A stretch of DNA of 64,000 bases from Eledone cirrhosa (lineage: Eukaryota): positions 7,378,001 through 7,442,000 of the forward strand of contig OZ024745.1 of assembly GCA_964016885.1 (NCBI GenBank), written 5' to 3'. The notes beneath the pieces are model-generated. The model searched no databases, was not told the origin of the DNA, and saw nothing but the letters and a program-made list of their open reading frames with translations. This document shows, in pieces, positions 1 to 16,500 of this stretch; the first letter of the stretch is position 1; each line of letters starts with the position of its first letter. The position numbers were made by a program, and so were the translations under genes.

Positions 1-3000
1 CACTACCACACTACTGTAGACACTACCACACTACTGTAGACACTACCACACTACTGTATACACTACCACACTACTGTAGACACTACCACACTATCGTAGA
101 CACTACCTCACTAATGTAGACACTACTACACTATTGTAGACACAACCTCACTATTGTAGACACTACCACACTTCTAGACACTACCTCACTATTGTAGACA
201 CTACCACACTACTGTAGACACTACCACACTACTGTAGACACTACCACACTACTGTAGACACTACCACACTACTGTATACACTACCACACTACTATAGACA
301 CTACCACACTACTGTAGACACTACCACACTATTGTAGACACTACCTCACTATTGTATACACTACCACACTACTGTAGACACTACCTCACTACTGTAGAAA
401 CTAGCACACTACCACACTATTATAGCCACTACCTCACTACTGTAGACACTACCTCACTACTGTAGACACTACCACACTATTGTAGACACTACCTCACTAT
501 TGTAGACACTACCTCACTATTGTATTCACTACCACACTACTGTAGACACTACCTCACTACTGTAGACACTACCACACTACTGTAGACACTACCTCACTAC
601 TGTAGACACCACCTCACTACTGTAGACACTACCACACTATTGTAGACAATACCTCACTACTGTAGACACTACCACACTACTGTAGACACTACCACACTAC
701 TGTAGACACTACCACACTACTGTAGACACTACCACACTACTGTAGACACTACCACACTATTGTAGACACTACCTCACTACTGTAGACACTACCTCACTAC
801 TGTAGACACTACCACACTATTGTAGACAATACCTCACTACTGTAGACACTACCACACTACTGTAGACACTACCACACTATTGTAGACACTACCACACTAT
901 TGTAGACACTACCTCACTACTGTAGTCACTACCTCACTACTGTAGACACTACCACACTATTGTAGACACTACCTCACTATTGTATTCACTACCACACTAC
1001 TGTAGACACTACCTCACTACTGTAGACACTACCACACTACTGTAGACACTACCACACTACCTCACTACTGTAGACACTACCTCACTACTGTAGACACTAC
1101 CACACTATTGTAGACACTACCACACTATTGTAGACAATACCTCACTACTGCAGACACTACCACACTACTGTAGACACTACCTCACTACTGTAGACACTAC
1201 CTCACTAGTGTAGACACTACCACACTATTGTAGACACTACCTCACTACTGTAGACACTACCACACTACTGTAGACACTACCACACTACTGTAGACACTAC
1301 CACACTACTGTAGACACTACCTCACTACTGTAGACACTACCACACTATTGTAGACACTACCACACTATTGTAGACACTACCACACTACTGTAGACACTAC
1401 CTCACTACTGTAGACACTACCTCACTACTGTAGACACTACCTCACTACTGTAGACACTACCACTCTACTGTAGACACTACCTCACTACTGTAGACACTAC
1501 CACACTATTGTAGACACTACCTCACTACTGTAGACACTACCTCACTACTGTAGACACTACCACACTATTGTAGACACTACCACACTATTGTAGACACTAC
1601 CACACTATTGTAGACACTACCTCACTATTGTATTCACTACCACACTACTGTAGACACTACCTCACTACTGTAGACACTACCACACTACTGTAGACACTAC
1701 CACACTATTGTAGACACTACCTCACTACTGTAGACACTACCTCACTACTGTAGACACTACCACACTATTGTAGACACTACCTCACTATTGTATTCACTAC
1801 CACACTACTGTAGACACTACCTCACTACTGTAGACACTACCACACTACTGTAGACACTACCACACTATTGTAGACACTACCTCACTACTGTAGACACTAC
1901 CTCACTACTATAGACACTACCTCACTACTGTAGACACTACCACACTACTGTAGACACTACCACACTATTGTAGACACTACCTCACTACTGTAGACACTAC
2001 CACACTATTGTAGACAATACCTCACTACTGTAGACACTACCACACTACTGTAGACACTACCACACTATTGTAGACACTACCTCACTACTGTAGACACTAC
2101 CTCACTACTGTAGACACTACCACACTATTGTAGACAATACCTCACTACTGTAGACACTACCTCACTACTGTAGACACTATCTCACTAATGTAGACACTAC
2201 CTCACTACTGTAGACACTACCACACTATTGTAGACACTACCACACTACTGTAGACACTACCACACTATTGTATACACTACCACACTACTGTAGACACTAC
2301 CACACTATTGTAGACACTACCTCACTATTGTATTCACTACCACACTACTGTAGACACTACCTCACTACTGTAGACACTACCACACTACTGTAGACACTAC
2401 CTCACTACTGTAGACACCACCTCACTACTGTAGACACTACCACACTATTGTAGACAATACCTCACTACTGTAGACACTACCACACTACTGTAGACACTAC
2501 CACACTACTGTAGACACTACCACACTACTGTAGACACTACCACACTATTGTAGACACTACCACACTATTGTAGACACTACCTCACTACTGTAGACACTAC
2601 CTCACTACTGTAGACACTACCACACTATTGTAGACAATACCTCACTACTGTAGACACTACCACACTACTGTAGACACTACCACACTACTGTAGACACTAC
2701 CACACTATTGTAGACACTACCTCACTACTGTAGACACTACCTCACTACTGTAGACACTACCACACTATTGTAGACACTACCTCACTATTGTATTCACTAC
2801 CACACTACTGTAGACACTACCTCACTACTGTAGACACTACCACACTACTGTAGACACTACCACACTACCTCACTACTGTAGACACTACCTCACTACTGTA
2901 GACACTACCACACTATTGTAGACACTACCACACTATTGTAGACAATACCTCACTACTGCAGACACTACCACACTACTGTAGACACTACCTCACTACTGTA

Positions 3001-4599
3001 GACACTACCTCACTAGTGTAGACACTACCACACTATTGTAGACACTACCTCACTACTGTAGACACTACCACACTACTGTAGACACTACCACACTACTGTA
3101 GACACTACCACACTACTGTAGACACTACCTCACTACTGTAGACACTACCACACTATTGTAGACACTACCACACTATTGTAGACACTACCACACTATTGTA
3201 GACACTACCTCACTACTGTAGACACTACCTCACTACTGTAGACACTACCTCACTACTGTAGACACTACCACTCTACTGTAGACACTACCTCACTACTGTA
3301 GACACTACCACACTATTGTAGACACTACCTCACTACTGTAGACACTACCTCACTACTGTAGACACTACCACACTATTGTAGACACTACCACACTATTGTA
3401 GACACTACCTCACTATTGTATTCACTACCACACTACTGTAGACACTACCTCACTACTGTAGACACTACCACACTACTGTAGACACTACCACACTATTGTA
3501 GACACTACCTCACTACTGTAGACACTACCTCACTACTGTAGACACTACCACACTATTGTAGACACTACCTCACTATTGTATTCACTACCACACTACTGTA
3601 GACACTACCTCACTACTGTAGACACTACCACACTACTGTAGACACTACCACACTATTGTAGACACTACCTCACTACTGTAGACACTACCTCACTACTATA
3701 GACACTACCTCACTACTGTAGACACTACCACACTACTGTAGACACTACCACACTATTGTAGACACTACCTCACTACTGTAGACACTACCACACTATTGTA
3801 GACAATACCTCACTACTGTAGACACTACCACACTACCGTAGACACTACCACACTATTGTAGACACTACCTCACTACTGTAGACACTACCTCACTACTGTA
3901 GACACTACCACACTATTGTAGACAATACCTCACTACTGTAGACACTACCTCACTACTGTAGACACTATCTCACTAATGTAGACACTACCTCACTACTGTA
4001 GACACTACCACACTATTGTAGACACTACCACACTACTGTAGACACTACCACACTATTGTATACACTACCACACTACTGTAGACACTACCACACTACTATA
4101 GACACTACCACACTACTGTAGACACTACCACACTACCGTAGACACTACCACACTATTGTAGACACTACCACACTACCTCACTACTGTAGACACTACCTCA
4201 CTACTGTAGACACTACCACACTATTGTAGACACTACCTCACTACTGTAGACACTACCACTCTACTGTAGACGCTACCTCACTACTGTAGACACTACCTCA
4301 CTATTGTATTCACTACCACACTACTGTAGACACTACCACACTACTGTAGACACTACCACACTATTGTAGACACTACCTCACTACTGTAGACACTACCTCA
4401 CTACTGTAGACACTACCACACTATTGTAGACAATACCTCACTACTGTAGACACTACCACACTATTGTAGACACTACCACACTATTGTAGACAATACCTCA
4501 CTACTGTAGACACTACCTCACTACTGTAGACACTACCTCACTACTGTAGACACTACCACACTACTGTAGACACTACCACACTACTGTAGACACTACCTC

Positions 4600-7500
4600 A
4601 CTATTGTAGACACTACCACACTACTGTAGACACTACCACACTACTGTAGACACTACCTCACTACTGTCGACACTACCACACTACTGTAGACACTACCTCA
4701 CTACTGTCGACACTACCACACTACTGTAGACACTACCACACTACTGTAGACACTACCACACTACTGTAGACACTACCTCACTACTGTAGACACTACCACA
4801 CTACTGTAGACACTACATCACTATTGTAGACACTACCACACTACTGTAGACACTACCTCACTACTGTAGACACTACGACACTACTGTAGACACTACCACA
4901 CTATTGTAGACACTACCTCACTACTGTAGACACTACCACACTACTGTAGACACTACCACACTACTGTAGACACTACCACACTATTGTAGACAATACCACA
5001 TTACTGTAGACACTACCACACTATTGTAGACACTACCTCACTATTGTAGACACTACCACACTATCGTAGACACTACCACACTATCGTAGACACTACCTCA
5101 CTAATGTAGACACTACCACACTATTGTAGACACTACCTCACTATTGTAGACACTACCACACTACTGTAGACACTACCACACTACTGTAGACACTACCACA
5201 CTACTGTAGACACTACCACACTATTGTAGACACTACCACACTATTGTAGACACTACCTCACTACTGTAGACACTACCTCACTACTGTAGACACTACCACA
5301 CTATTGTAGACAATACCTCACTACTGTAGACACTACCACACTACTGTAGACACTACCACACTACTGTAGACACTACCACACTATTGTAGACACTACCTCA
5401 CTACTGTAGACACTACCTCACTACTGTAGACACTACCACACTATTGTAGACACTACCTCACTATTGTATTCACTACCACACTACTGTAGACACTACCTCA
5501 CTACTGTAGACACTACCACACTACTGTAGACACTACCACACTACCTCACTACTGTAGACACTACCTCACTACTGTAGACACTACCACACTATTGTAGACA
5601 CTACCACACTATTGTAGACAATACCTCACTACTGCAGACACTACCACACTACTGTAGACACTACCTCACTACTGTAGACACTACCTCACTAGTGTAGACA
5701 CTACCACACTATTGTAGACACTACCTCACTACTGTAGACACTACCACACTACTGTAGACACTACCACACTACTGTAGACACTACCACACTACTGTAGACA
5801 CTACCTCACTACTGTAGACACTACCACACTATTGTAGACACTACCACACTATTGTAGACACTACCACACTATTGTAGACACTACCTCACTACTGTAGACA
5901 CTACCTCACTACTGTAGACACTACCTCACTACTGTAGACACTACCACTCTACTGTAGACACTACCTCACTACTGTAGACACTACCACACTATTGTAGACA
6001 CTACCTCACTACTGTAGACACTACCACACTACTGTAGACACTACCACACTATTGTAGACACTACCTCACTATTGTATTCACTACCACACTACTGTAGACA
6101 CTACCTCACTACTGTAGACACTACCACACTACTGTAGACACTACCACACTATTGTAGACACTACCTCACTACTGTAGACACTACCTCACTACTGTAGACA
6201 CTACCACACTATTGTAGACACTACCTCACTATTGTATTCACTACCACACTACTGTAGACACTACCTCACTACTGTAGACACTACCACACTACTGTAGACA
6301 CTACCACACTATTGTAGACACTACCTCACTACTGTAGACACTACCTCACTACTATAGACACTACCTCACTACTGTAGACACTACCACACTACTGTAGACA
6401 CTACCACACTATTGTAGACACTACCTCACTACTGTAGACACTACCACACTATTGTAGACAATACCTCACTACTGTAGACACTACCACACTACTGTAGACA
6501 CTACCACACTATTGTAGACACTACCTCACTACTGTAGACACTACCTCACTACTGTAGACACTACCACACTATTGTAGACAATACCTCACTACTGTAGACA
6601 CTACCTCACTACTGTAGACACTATCTCACTAATGTAGACACTACCTCACTACTGTAGACACTACCACACTATTGTAGACACTACCACACTACTGTAGACA
6701 CTACCACACTATTGTATACACTACCACACTACTGTAGACACTACCACACTACTATAGACACTACCACACTACTGTAGACACTACCACACTACCGTAGACA
6801 CTACCACACTATTGTAGACACTACCACACTACCTCACTACTGTAGACACTACCTCACTACTGTAGACACTACCACACTATTGTAGACACTACCTCACTAC
6901 TGTAGACACTACCACTCTACTGTAGACGCTACCTCACTACTGTAGACACTACCTCACTATTGTATTCACTACCACACTACTGTAGACACTACCACACTAC
7001 TGTAGACACTACCACACTATTGTAGACACTACCTCACTACTGTAGACACTACCTCACTACTGTAGACACTACCACACTATTGTAGACACTACCTCACTAT
7101 TGTATTCACTACCACACTACTGTAGACACTACCTCACTACTGTAGACACTACCACACTACTGTAGACACTACCACACTACCTCACTACTGTAGACACTAC
7201 CTCACTACTGTAGACACTACCACACTATTGTAGACACTACCACACTATTGTAGACAATACCTCACTACTGCAGACACTACCACACTACTGTAGACACTAC
7301 CTCACTACTGTAGACACTACCTCACTACTGTAGACACTACCACACTACTGTAGACACTACCACACTACTGTAGACACTACCACACTACTGTAGACACTAC
7401 CTCACTACTGTAGACACTACCACACTATTGTAGACACTACCACACTATTGTAGACACTACCACACTATTGTAGACACTACGTCACTACTGTAGACACTAC

Positions 7501-10500
7501 CTCACTACTGTAGACACTACCTCACGACTGTAGACACTACCACTCTACTGTAGACACTACCTCACTACTGTAGACACTACCACACTATTGTAGACACTAC
7601 CTCACTACTGTAGACACTACCTCACTACTGTAGACACTACCACACTATTGTAGACACTACCACACTATTGTAGACACTACCTCACTATTGTATTCACTAC
7701 CACACTACTGTAGACACTACCTCACTACTGTAGACACTACCACACTACTGTAGACACTACCACACTATTGTAGACACTACCTCACTACTGTAGACACTAC
7801 CTCACTACTGTAGACACTACCACACTATTGTAGACACTACCTCACTATTGTATTCACTACCACACTACTGTAGACACTACCTCACTACTCTAGACACTAC
7901 CACACTACTGTAGACACTACCACACTATTGTAGACACTACCTCACTACTGTAGACACTACCTCACTACTATAGACACTACCTCACTACTGTAGACACTAC
8001 CACACTACTGTAGACACTACCACACTATTGTAGACACTACCTCACTACTGTAGACACTACCACACTATTGTAGACAATACCTCACTACTGTAGACACTAC
8101 CACACTACTGTAGACACTACCACACTATTGTAGACACTACCTCACTACTGTAGACACTACCTCACTACTGTAGACACTACCACACTATTGTAGACAATAC
8201 CTCACTACTGTAGACACTACCTCACTACTGTAGACACTATCTCACTAATGTAGACACTACCTCACTACTGTAGACACTACCACACTATTGTAGACACTAC
8301 CACACTACTGTAGACACTACCACACTATTGTATACACTACCACACTACTGTAGACACTACCACACTATTGTAGACACTACCTCACTATTGTATTCACTAC
8401 CACACTACTGTAGACACTACCTCACTACTGTAGACACTACCACACTACTGTAGACACTACCTCACTACTGTAGACACCACCTCACTACTGTAGACACTAC
8501 CACACTATTGTAGACAATACCTCACTACTGTAGACACTACCACACTACTGTAGACACTACCACACTACTGTAGACACTACCACACTACTGTAGACACTAC
8601 CACACTACTGTAGACACTACCACACTATTGTAGACACTACCACACTATTGTAGACACTACCTCACTACTGTAGACACTACCTCACTACTGTAGACACTAC
8701 CACACTATTGTAGACAATACCTCACTACTGTAGACACTACCACACTACTGTAGACACTACCACACTACTGTAGACACTACCACACTATTGTAGACACTAC
8801 CTCACTACTGTAGACACTACCTCACTACTGTAGACACTACCACACTATTGTAGACACTACCTCACTATTGTATTCACTACCACACTACTGTAGACACTAC
8901 CTCACTACTGTAGACACTACCACACTACTGTAGACACTACCACACTACCTCACTACTGTAGACACTACCTCACTACTGTAGACACTACCACACTATTGTA
9001 GACACTACCACACTATTGTAGACAATACCTCACTACTGCAGACACTACCACACTACTGTAGACACTACCTCACTACTGTAGACACTACCTCACTAGTGTA
9101 GACACTACCACACTATTGTAGACACTACCTCATACTGTAGACACTACCACACTACTGTAGACACTACCACACTACTGTAGACACTACCACACTACTGTAG
9201 ACACTACCTCACTACTGTAGACACTACCACACTATTGTAGACACTACCACACTATTGTAGACACTACCTCACTACTGTAGACACTACCTCACTACTGTAG
9301 ACACTACCTCACTACTGTAGACACTACCACTCTACTGTAGACACTACCTCACTACTGTAGACACTACCACACTATTGTAGACACTACCTCACTACTGTAG
9401 ACACTACCTCACTACTGTAGACACTACCACACTATTGTAGACACTACCACACTATTGTAGACACTACCTCACTATTGTATTCACTACCACACTACTGTAG
9501 ACACTACCTCACTACTGTAGACACTACCACACTACTGTAGACACTACCACACTATTGTAGACAATACCTCACTACTGTAGACACTACCTCACTACTGTAG
9601 ACACTATCTCACTAATGTAGACACTACCTCACTACTGTAGACACTACCACACTATTGTAGACACTACCACACTACTGTAGACACTACCACACTATTGTAT
9701 ACACTACCACACTACTGTAGACACTACCACACTACTATAGACACTACCACACTACTGTAGACACTACCACACTACCGTAGACACTACCACACTATTGTAG
9801 ACACTACCACACTACCTCACTACTGTAGACACTACCTCACTACTGTAGACACTACCACACTATTGTAGACACTACCTCACTACTGTAGACACTACCACTC
9901 TACTGTAGACGCTACCTCACTACTGTAGACACTACCTCACTATTGTATTCACTACCACACTACTGTAGACACTACCACACTACTGTAGACACTACCACAC
10001 TATTGTAGACACTACCTCACTACTGTAGACACTACCTCACTACTGTAGACACTACCACACTATTGTAGACAATACCTCACTACTGTAGACACTACCACAC
10101 TATTGTAGACACTACCACACTATTGTAGACAATACCTCACTACTGTAGACACTACCTCACTACTGTAGACACTACCTCACTACTGTAGACACTACCACAC
10201 TACTGTAGACACTACCACACTACTGTAGACACTACCTCACTATTGTAGACACTACCACACTACTGTAGACACTACCACACTACTGTAGACACTACCTCAC
10301 TACTGTCGACACTACCACACTACTGTAGACACTACCTCACTACTGTCGACACTACCACACTACTGTAGACACTACCACACTACTGTAGACACTACCACAC
10401 TACTGTAGACACTACCTCACTACTGTAGACACTACCACACTACTGTAGACACTACATCACTATTGTAGACACTACCACACTACTGTAGACACTACCTCAC

Positions 10501-13500
10501 TACTGTAGACACTACGACACTACTGTAGACACTACCACACTATTGTAGACACTACCTCACTACTGTAGACACTACCACACTACTGTAGACACTACCACAC
10601 TACTGTAGACACTACCACACTATTGTAGACAATACCACATTACTGTAGACACTACCACACTATTGTAGACACTACCTCACTATTGTAGACACTACCACAC
10701 TATCGTAGACACTACCACACTATCGTAGACACTACCTCACTAATGTAGACACTACCACACTATTGTAGACACTACCTCACTATTGTAGACACTACCACAC
10801 TACTGTAGACACTACCACACTACTGTAGACACTACCACACTACTGTAGACACTACCACACTATTGTAGACACTACCACACTATTGTAGACACTACCTCAC
10901 TACTGTAGACACTACCTCACTACTGTAGACACTACCACACTATTGTAGACAATACCTCACTACTGTAGACACTACCACACTACTGTAGACACTACCACAC
11001 TACTGTAGACACTACCACACTATTGTAGACACTACCTCACTACTGTAGACACTACCTCACTACTGTAGACACTACCACACTATTGTAGACACTACCTCAC
11101 TATTGTATTCACTACCACACTACTGTAGACACTACCTCACTACTGTAGACACTACCACACTACTGTAGACACTACCACACTACCTCACTACTGTAGACAC
11201 TACCTCACTACTGTAGACACTACCACACTATTGTAGACACTACCACACTATTGTAGACAATACCTCACTACTGCAGACACTACCACACTACTGTAGACAC
11301 TACCTCACTACTGTAGACACTACCTCACTAGTGTAGACACTACCACACTATTGTAGACACTACCTCACTACTGTAGACACTACCACACTACTGTAGACAC
11401 TACCACACTACTGTAGACACTACCACACTACTGTAGACACTACCTCACTACTGTAGACACTACCACACTATTGTAGACACTACCACACTATTGTAGACAC
11501 TACCACACTATTGTAGACACTACCTCACTACTGTAGACACTACCTCACTACTGTAGACACTACCTCACTACTGTAGACACTACCACTCTACTGTAGACAC
11601 TACCTCACTACTGTAGACACTACCACACTATTGTAGACACTACCTCACTACTGTAGACACTACCACACTACTGTAGACACTACCACACTATTGTAGACAC
11701 TACCTCACTATTGTATTCACTACCACACTACTGTAGACACTACCTCACTACTGTAGACACTACCACACTACTGTAGACACTACCACACTATTGTAGACAC
11801 TACCTCACTACTGTAGACACTACCTCACTACTGTAGACACTACCACACTATTGTAGACACTACCTCACTATTGTATTCACTACCACACTACTGTAGACAC
11901 TACCTCACTACTGTAGACACTACCACACTACTGTAGACACTACCACACTATTGTAGACACTACCTCACTACTGTAGACACTACCTCACTACTATAGACAC
12001 TACCTCACTACTGTAGACACTACCACACTACTGTAGACACTACCACACTATTGTAGACACTACCTCACTACTGTAGACACTACCACACTATTGTAGACAA
12101 TACCTCACTACTGTAGACACTACCACACTACTGTAGACACTACCACACTATTGTAGACACTACCTCACTACTGTAGACACTACCTCACTACTGTAGACAC
12201 TACCACACTATTGTAGACAATACCTCACTACTGTAGACACTACCTCACTACTGTAGACACTATCTCACTAATGTAGACACTACCTCACTACTGTAGACAC
12301 TACCACACTATTGTAGACACTACCACACTACTGTAGACACTACCACACTATTGTATACACTACCACACTACTGTAGACACTACCACACTACTATAGACAC
12401 TACCACACTACTGTAGACACTACCACACTACCGTAGACACTACCACACTATTGTAGACACTACCACACTACCTCACTACTGTAGACACTACCTCACTACT
12501 GTAGACACTACCACACTATTGTAGACACTACCTCACTACTGTAGACACTACCACTCTACTGTAGACGCTACCTCACTACTGTAGACACTACCTCACTATT
12601 GTATTCACTACCACACTACTGTAGACACTACCACACTACTGTAGACACTACCACACTATTGTAGACACTACCTCACTACTGTAGACACTACCTCACTACT
12701 GTAGACACTACCACACTATTGTAGACACTACCTCACTATTGTATTCACTACCACACTACTGTAGACACTACCTCACTACTGTAGACACTACCACACTACT
12801 GTAGACACTACCACACTACCTCACTACTGTAGACACTACCTCACTACTGTAGACACTACCACACTATTGTAGACACTACCACACTATTGTAGACAATACC
12901 TCACTACTGCAGACACTACCACACTACTGTAGACACTACCTCACTACTGTAGACACTACCTCACTACTGTAGACACTACCACACTACTGTAGACACTACC
13001 ACACTACTGTAGACACTACCACACTACTGTAGACACTACCTCACTACTGTAGACACTACCACACTATTGTAGACACTACCACACTATTGTAGACACTACC
13101 ACACTATTGTAGACACTACGTCACTACTGTAGACACTACCTCACTACTGTAGACACTACCTCACGACTGTAGACACTACCACTCTACTGTAGACACTACC
13201 TCACTACTGTAGACACTACCACACTATTGTAGACACTACCTCACTACTGTAGACACTACCTCACTACTGTAGACACTACCACACTATTGTAGACACTACC
13301 ACACTATTGTAGACACTACCTCACTATTGTATTCACTACCACACTACTGTAGACACTACCTCACTACTGTAGACACTACCACACTACTGTAGACACTACC
13401 ACACTATTGTAGACACTACCTCACTACTGTAGACACTACCTCACTACTGTAGACACTACCACACTATTGTAGACACTACCTCACTATTGTATTCACTACC

Positions 13501-16500
13501 ACACTACTGTAGACACTACCTCACTACTCTAGACACTACCACACTACTGTAGACACTACCACACTATTGTAGACACTACCTCACTACTGTAGACACTACC
13601 TCACTACTATAGACACTACCTCACTACTGTAGACACTACCACACTACTGTAGACACTACCACACTATTGTAGACACTACCTCACTACTGTAGACACTACC
13701 ACACTATTGTAGACAATACCTCACTACTGTAGACACTACCACACTACTGTAGACACTACCACACTATTGTAGACACTACCTCACTACTGTAGACACTACC
13801 TCACTACTGTAGACACTACCACACTATTGTAGACAATACCTCACTACTGTAGACACTACCTCACTACTGTAGACACTATCTCACTAATGTAGACACTACC
13901 TCACTACTGTAGACACTACCACACTATTGTAGACACTACCACACTATTGTATACACTACCACACTACTGTAGACACTACCACACTATTGTAGACACTACC
14001 TCACTATTGTATTCACTACCACACTACTGTAGACACTACCTCACTACTGTAGACACTACCACACTACTGTAGACACTACCTCACTACTGTAGACACCACC
14101 TCACTACTGTAGACACTACCACACTATTGTAGACAATACCTCACTACTGTAGACACTACCACACTACTGTAGACACTACCACACTACTGTAGACACTACC
14201 ACACTACTGTAGACACTACCACACTACTGTAGACACTACCACACTATTGTAGACACTACCACACTATTGTAGACACTACCTCACTACTGTAGACACTACC
14301 TCACTACTGTAGACACTACCACACTATTGTAGACAATACCTCACTACTGTAGACACTACCACACTACTGTAGACACTACCACACTACTGTAGACACTACC
14401 ACACTATTGTAGACACTACCTCACTACTGTAGACACTACCTCACTACTGTAGACACTACCACACTATTGTAGACACTACCTCACTATTGTATTCACTACC
14501 ACACTACTGTAGACACTACCTCACTACTGTAGACACTACCACACTACTGTAGACACTACCACACTACCTCACTACTGTAGACACTACCTCACTACTGTAG
14601 ACACTACCACACTATTGTAGACACTACCACACTATTGTAGACAATACCTCACTACTGCAGACACTACCACACTACTGTAGACACTACCTCACTACTGTAG
14701 ACACTACCTCACTAGTGTAGACACTACCACACTATTGTAGACACTACCTCATACTGTAGACACTACCACACTACTGTAGACACTACCACACTACTGTAGA
14801 CACTACCACACTACTGTAGACACTACCTCACTACTGTAGACACTACCACACTATTGTAGACACTACCACACTATTGTAGACACTACCACACTATTGTAGA
14901 CACTACCTCACTACTGTAGACACTACCTCACTACTGTAGACACTACCTCACTACTGTAGACACTACCACTCTACTGTAGACACTACCTCACTACTGTAGA
15001 CACTACCACACTATTGTAGACACTACCTCACTACTGTAGACACTACCTCACTACTGTAGACACTACCACACTATTGTAGACACTACCACACTATTGTAGA
15101 CACTACCTCACTATTGTATTCACTACCACACTACTGTAGACACTACCTCACTACTGTAGACACTACCACACTACTGTAGACACTACCACACTATTGTAGA
15201 CACTACCTCACTACTGTAGACACTACCTCACTACTGTAGACACTACCACACTATTGTAGACACTACCTCACTATTGTATTCACTACCACACTACTGTAGA
15301 CACTACCTCACTACTGTAGACACTACCACACTACTGTAGACACTACCACACTATTGTAGACACTACCTCACTACTGTAGACACTACCTCACTACTATAGA
15401 CACTACCTCACTACTGTAGACACTACCACACTACTGTAGACACTACCTCACTACTGTAGACACTACCACTCTACTGTAGACGCTACCTCACTACTGTAGA
15501 CACTACCTCACTATTGTATTCACTACCACACTACTGTAGACACTACCACACTACTGTAGACACTACCACACTATTGTAGACACTACCTCACTACTGTAGA
15601 CACTACCTCACTACTGTAGACACTACCACACTATTGTAGACAATACCTCACTACTGTAGACACTACCACACTATTGTAGACACTACCACACTATTGTAGA
15701 CAATACCTCACTACTGTAGACACTACCTCACTACTGTAGACACTACCTCACTACTGTAGACACTACCACACTACTGTAGACACTACCACACTACTGTAGA
15801 CACTACCTCACTATTGTAGACACTACCACACTACTGTAGACACTACCACACTACTGTAGACACTACCTCACTACTGTCGACACTACCACACTACTGTAGA
15901 CACTACCTCACTACTGTCGACACTACCACACTACTGTAGACACTACCACACTACTGTAGACACTACCACACTACTGTAGACACTACCTCACTACTGTAGA
16001 CACTACCACACTACTGTAGACACTACATCACTATTGTAGACACTACCACACTACTGTAGACACTACCTCACTACTGTAGACACTACGACACTACTGTAGA
16101 CACTACCACACTATTGTAGACACTACCTCACTACTGTAGACACTACCACACTACTGTAGACACTACCACACTACTGTAGACACTACCACACTATTGTAGA
16201 CAATACCACATTACTGTAGACACTACCACACTATTGTAGACACTACCTCACTATTGTAGACACTACCACACTATCGTAGACACTACCACACTATCGTAGA
16301 CACTACCTCACTAATGTAGACACTACCACACTATTGTAGACACTACCTCACTATTGTAGACACTACCACACTACTGTAGACACTACCACACTACTGTAGA
16401 CACTACCACACTACTGTAGACACTACCACACTATTGTAGACACTACCACACTATTGTAGACACTACCTCACTACTGTAGACACTACCTCACTACTGTAGA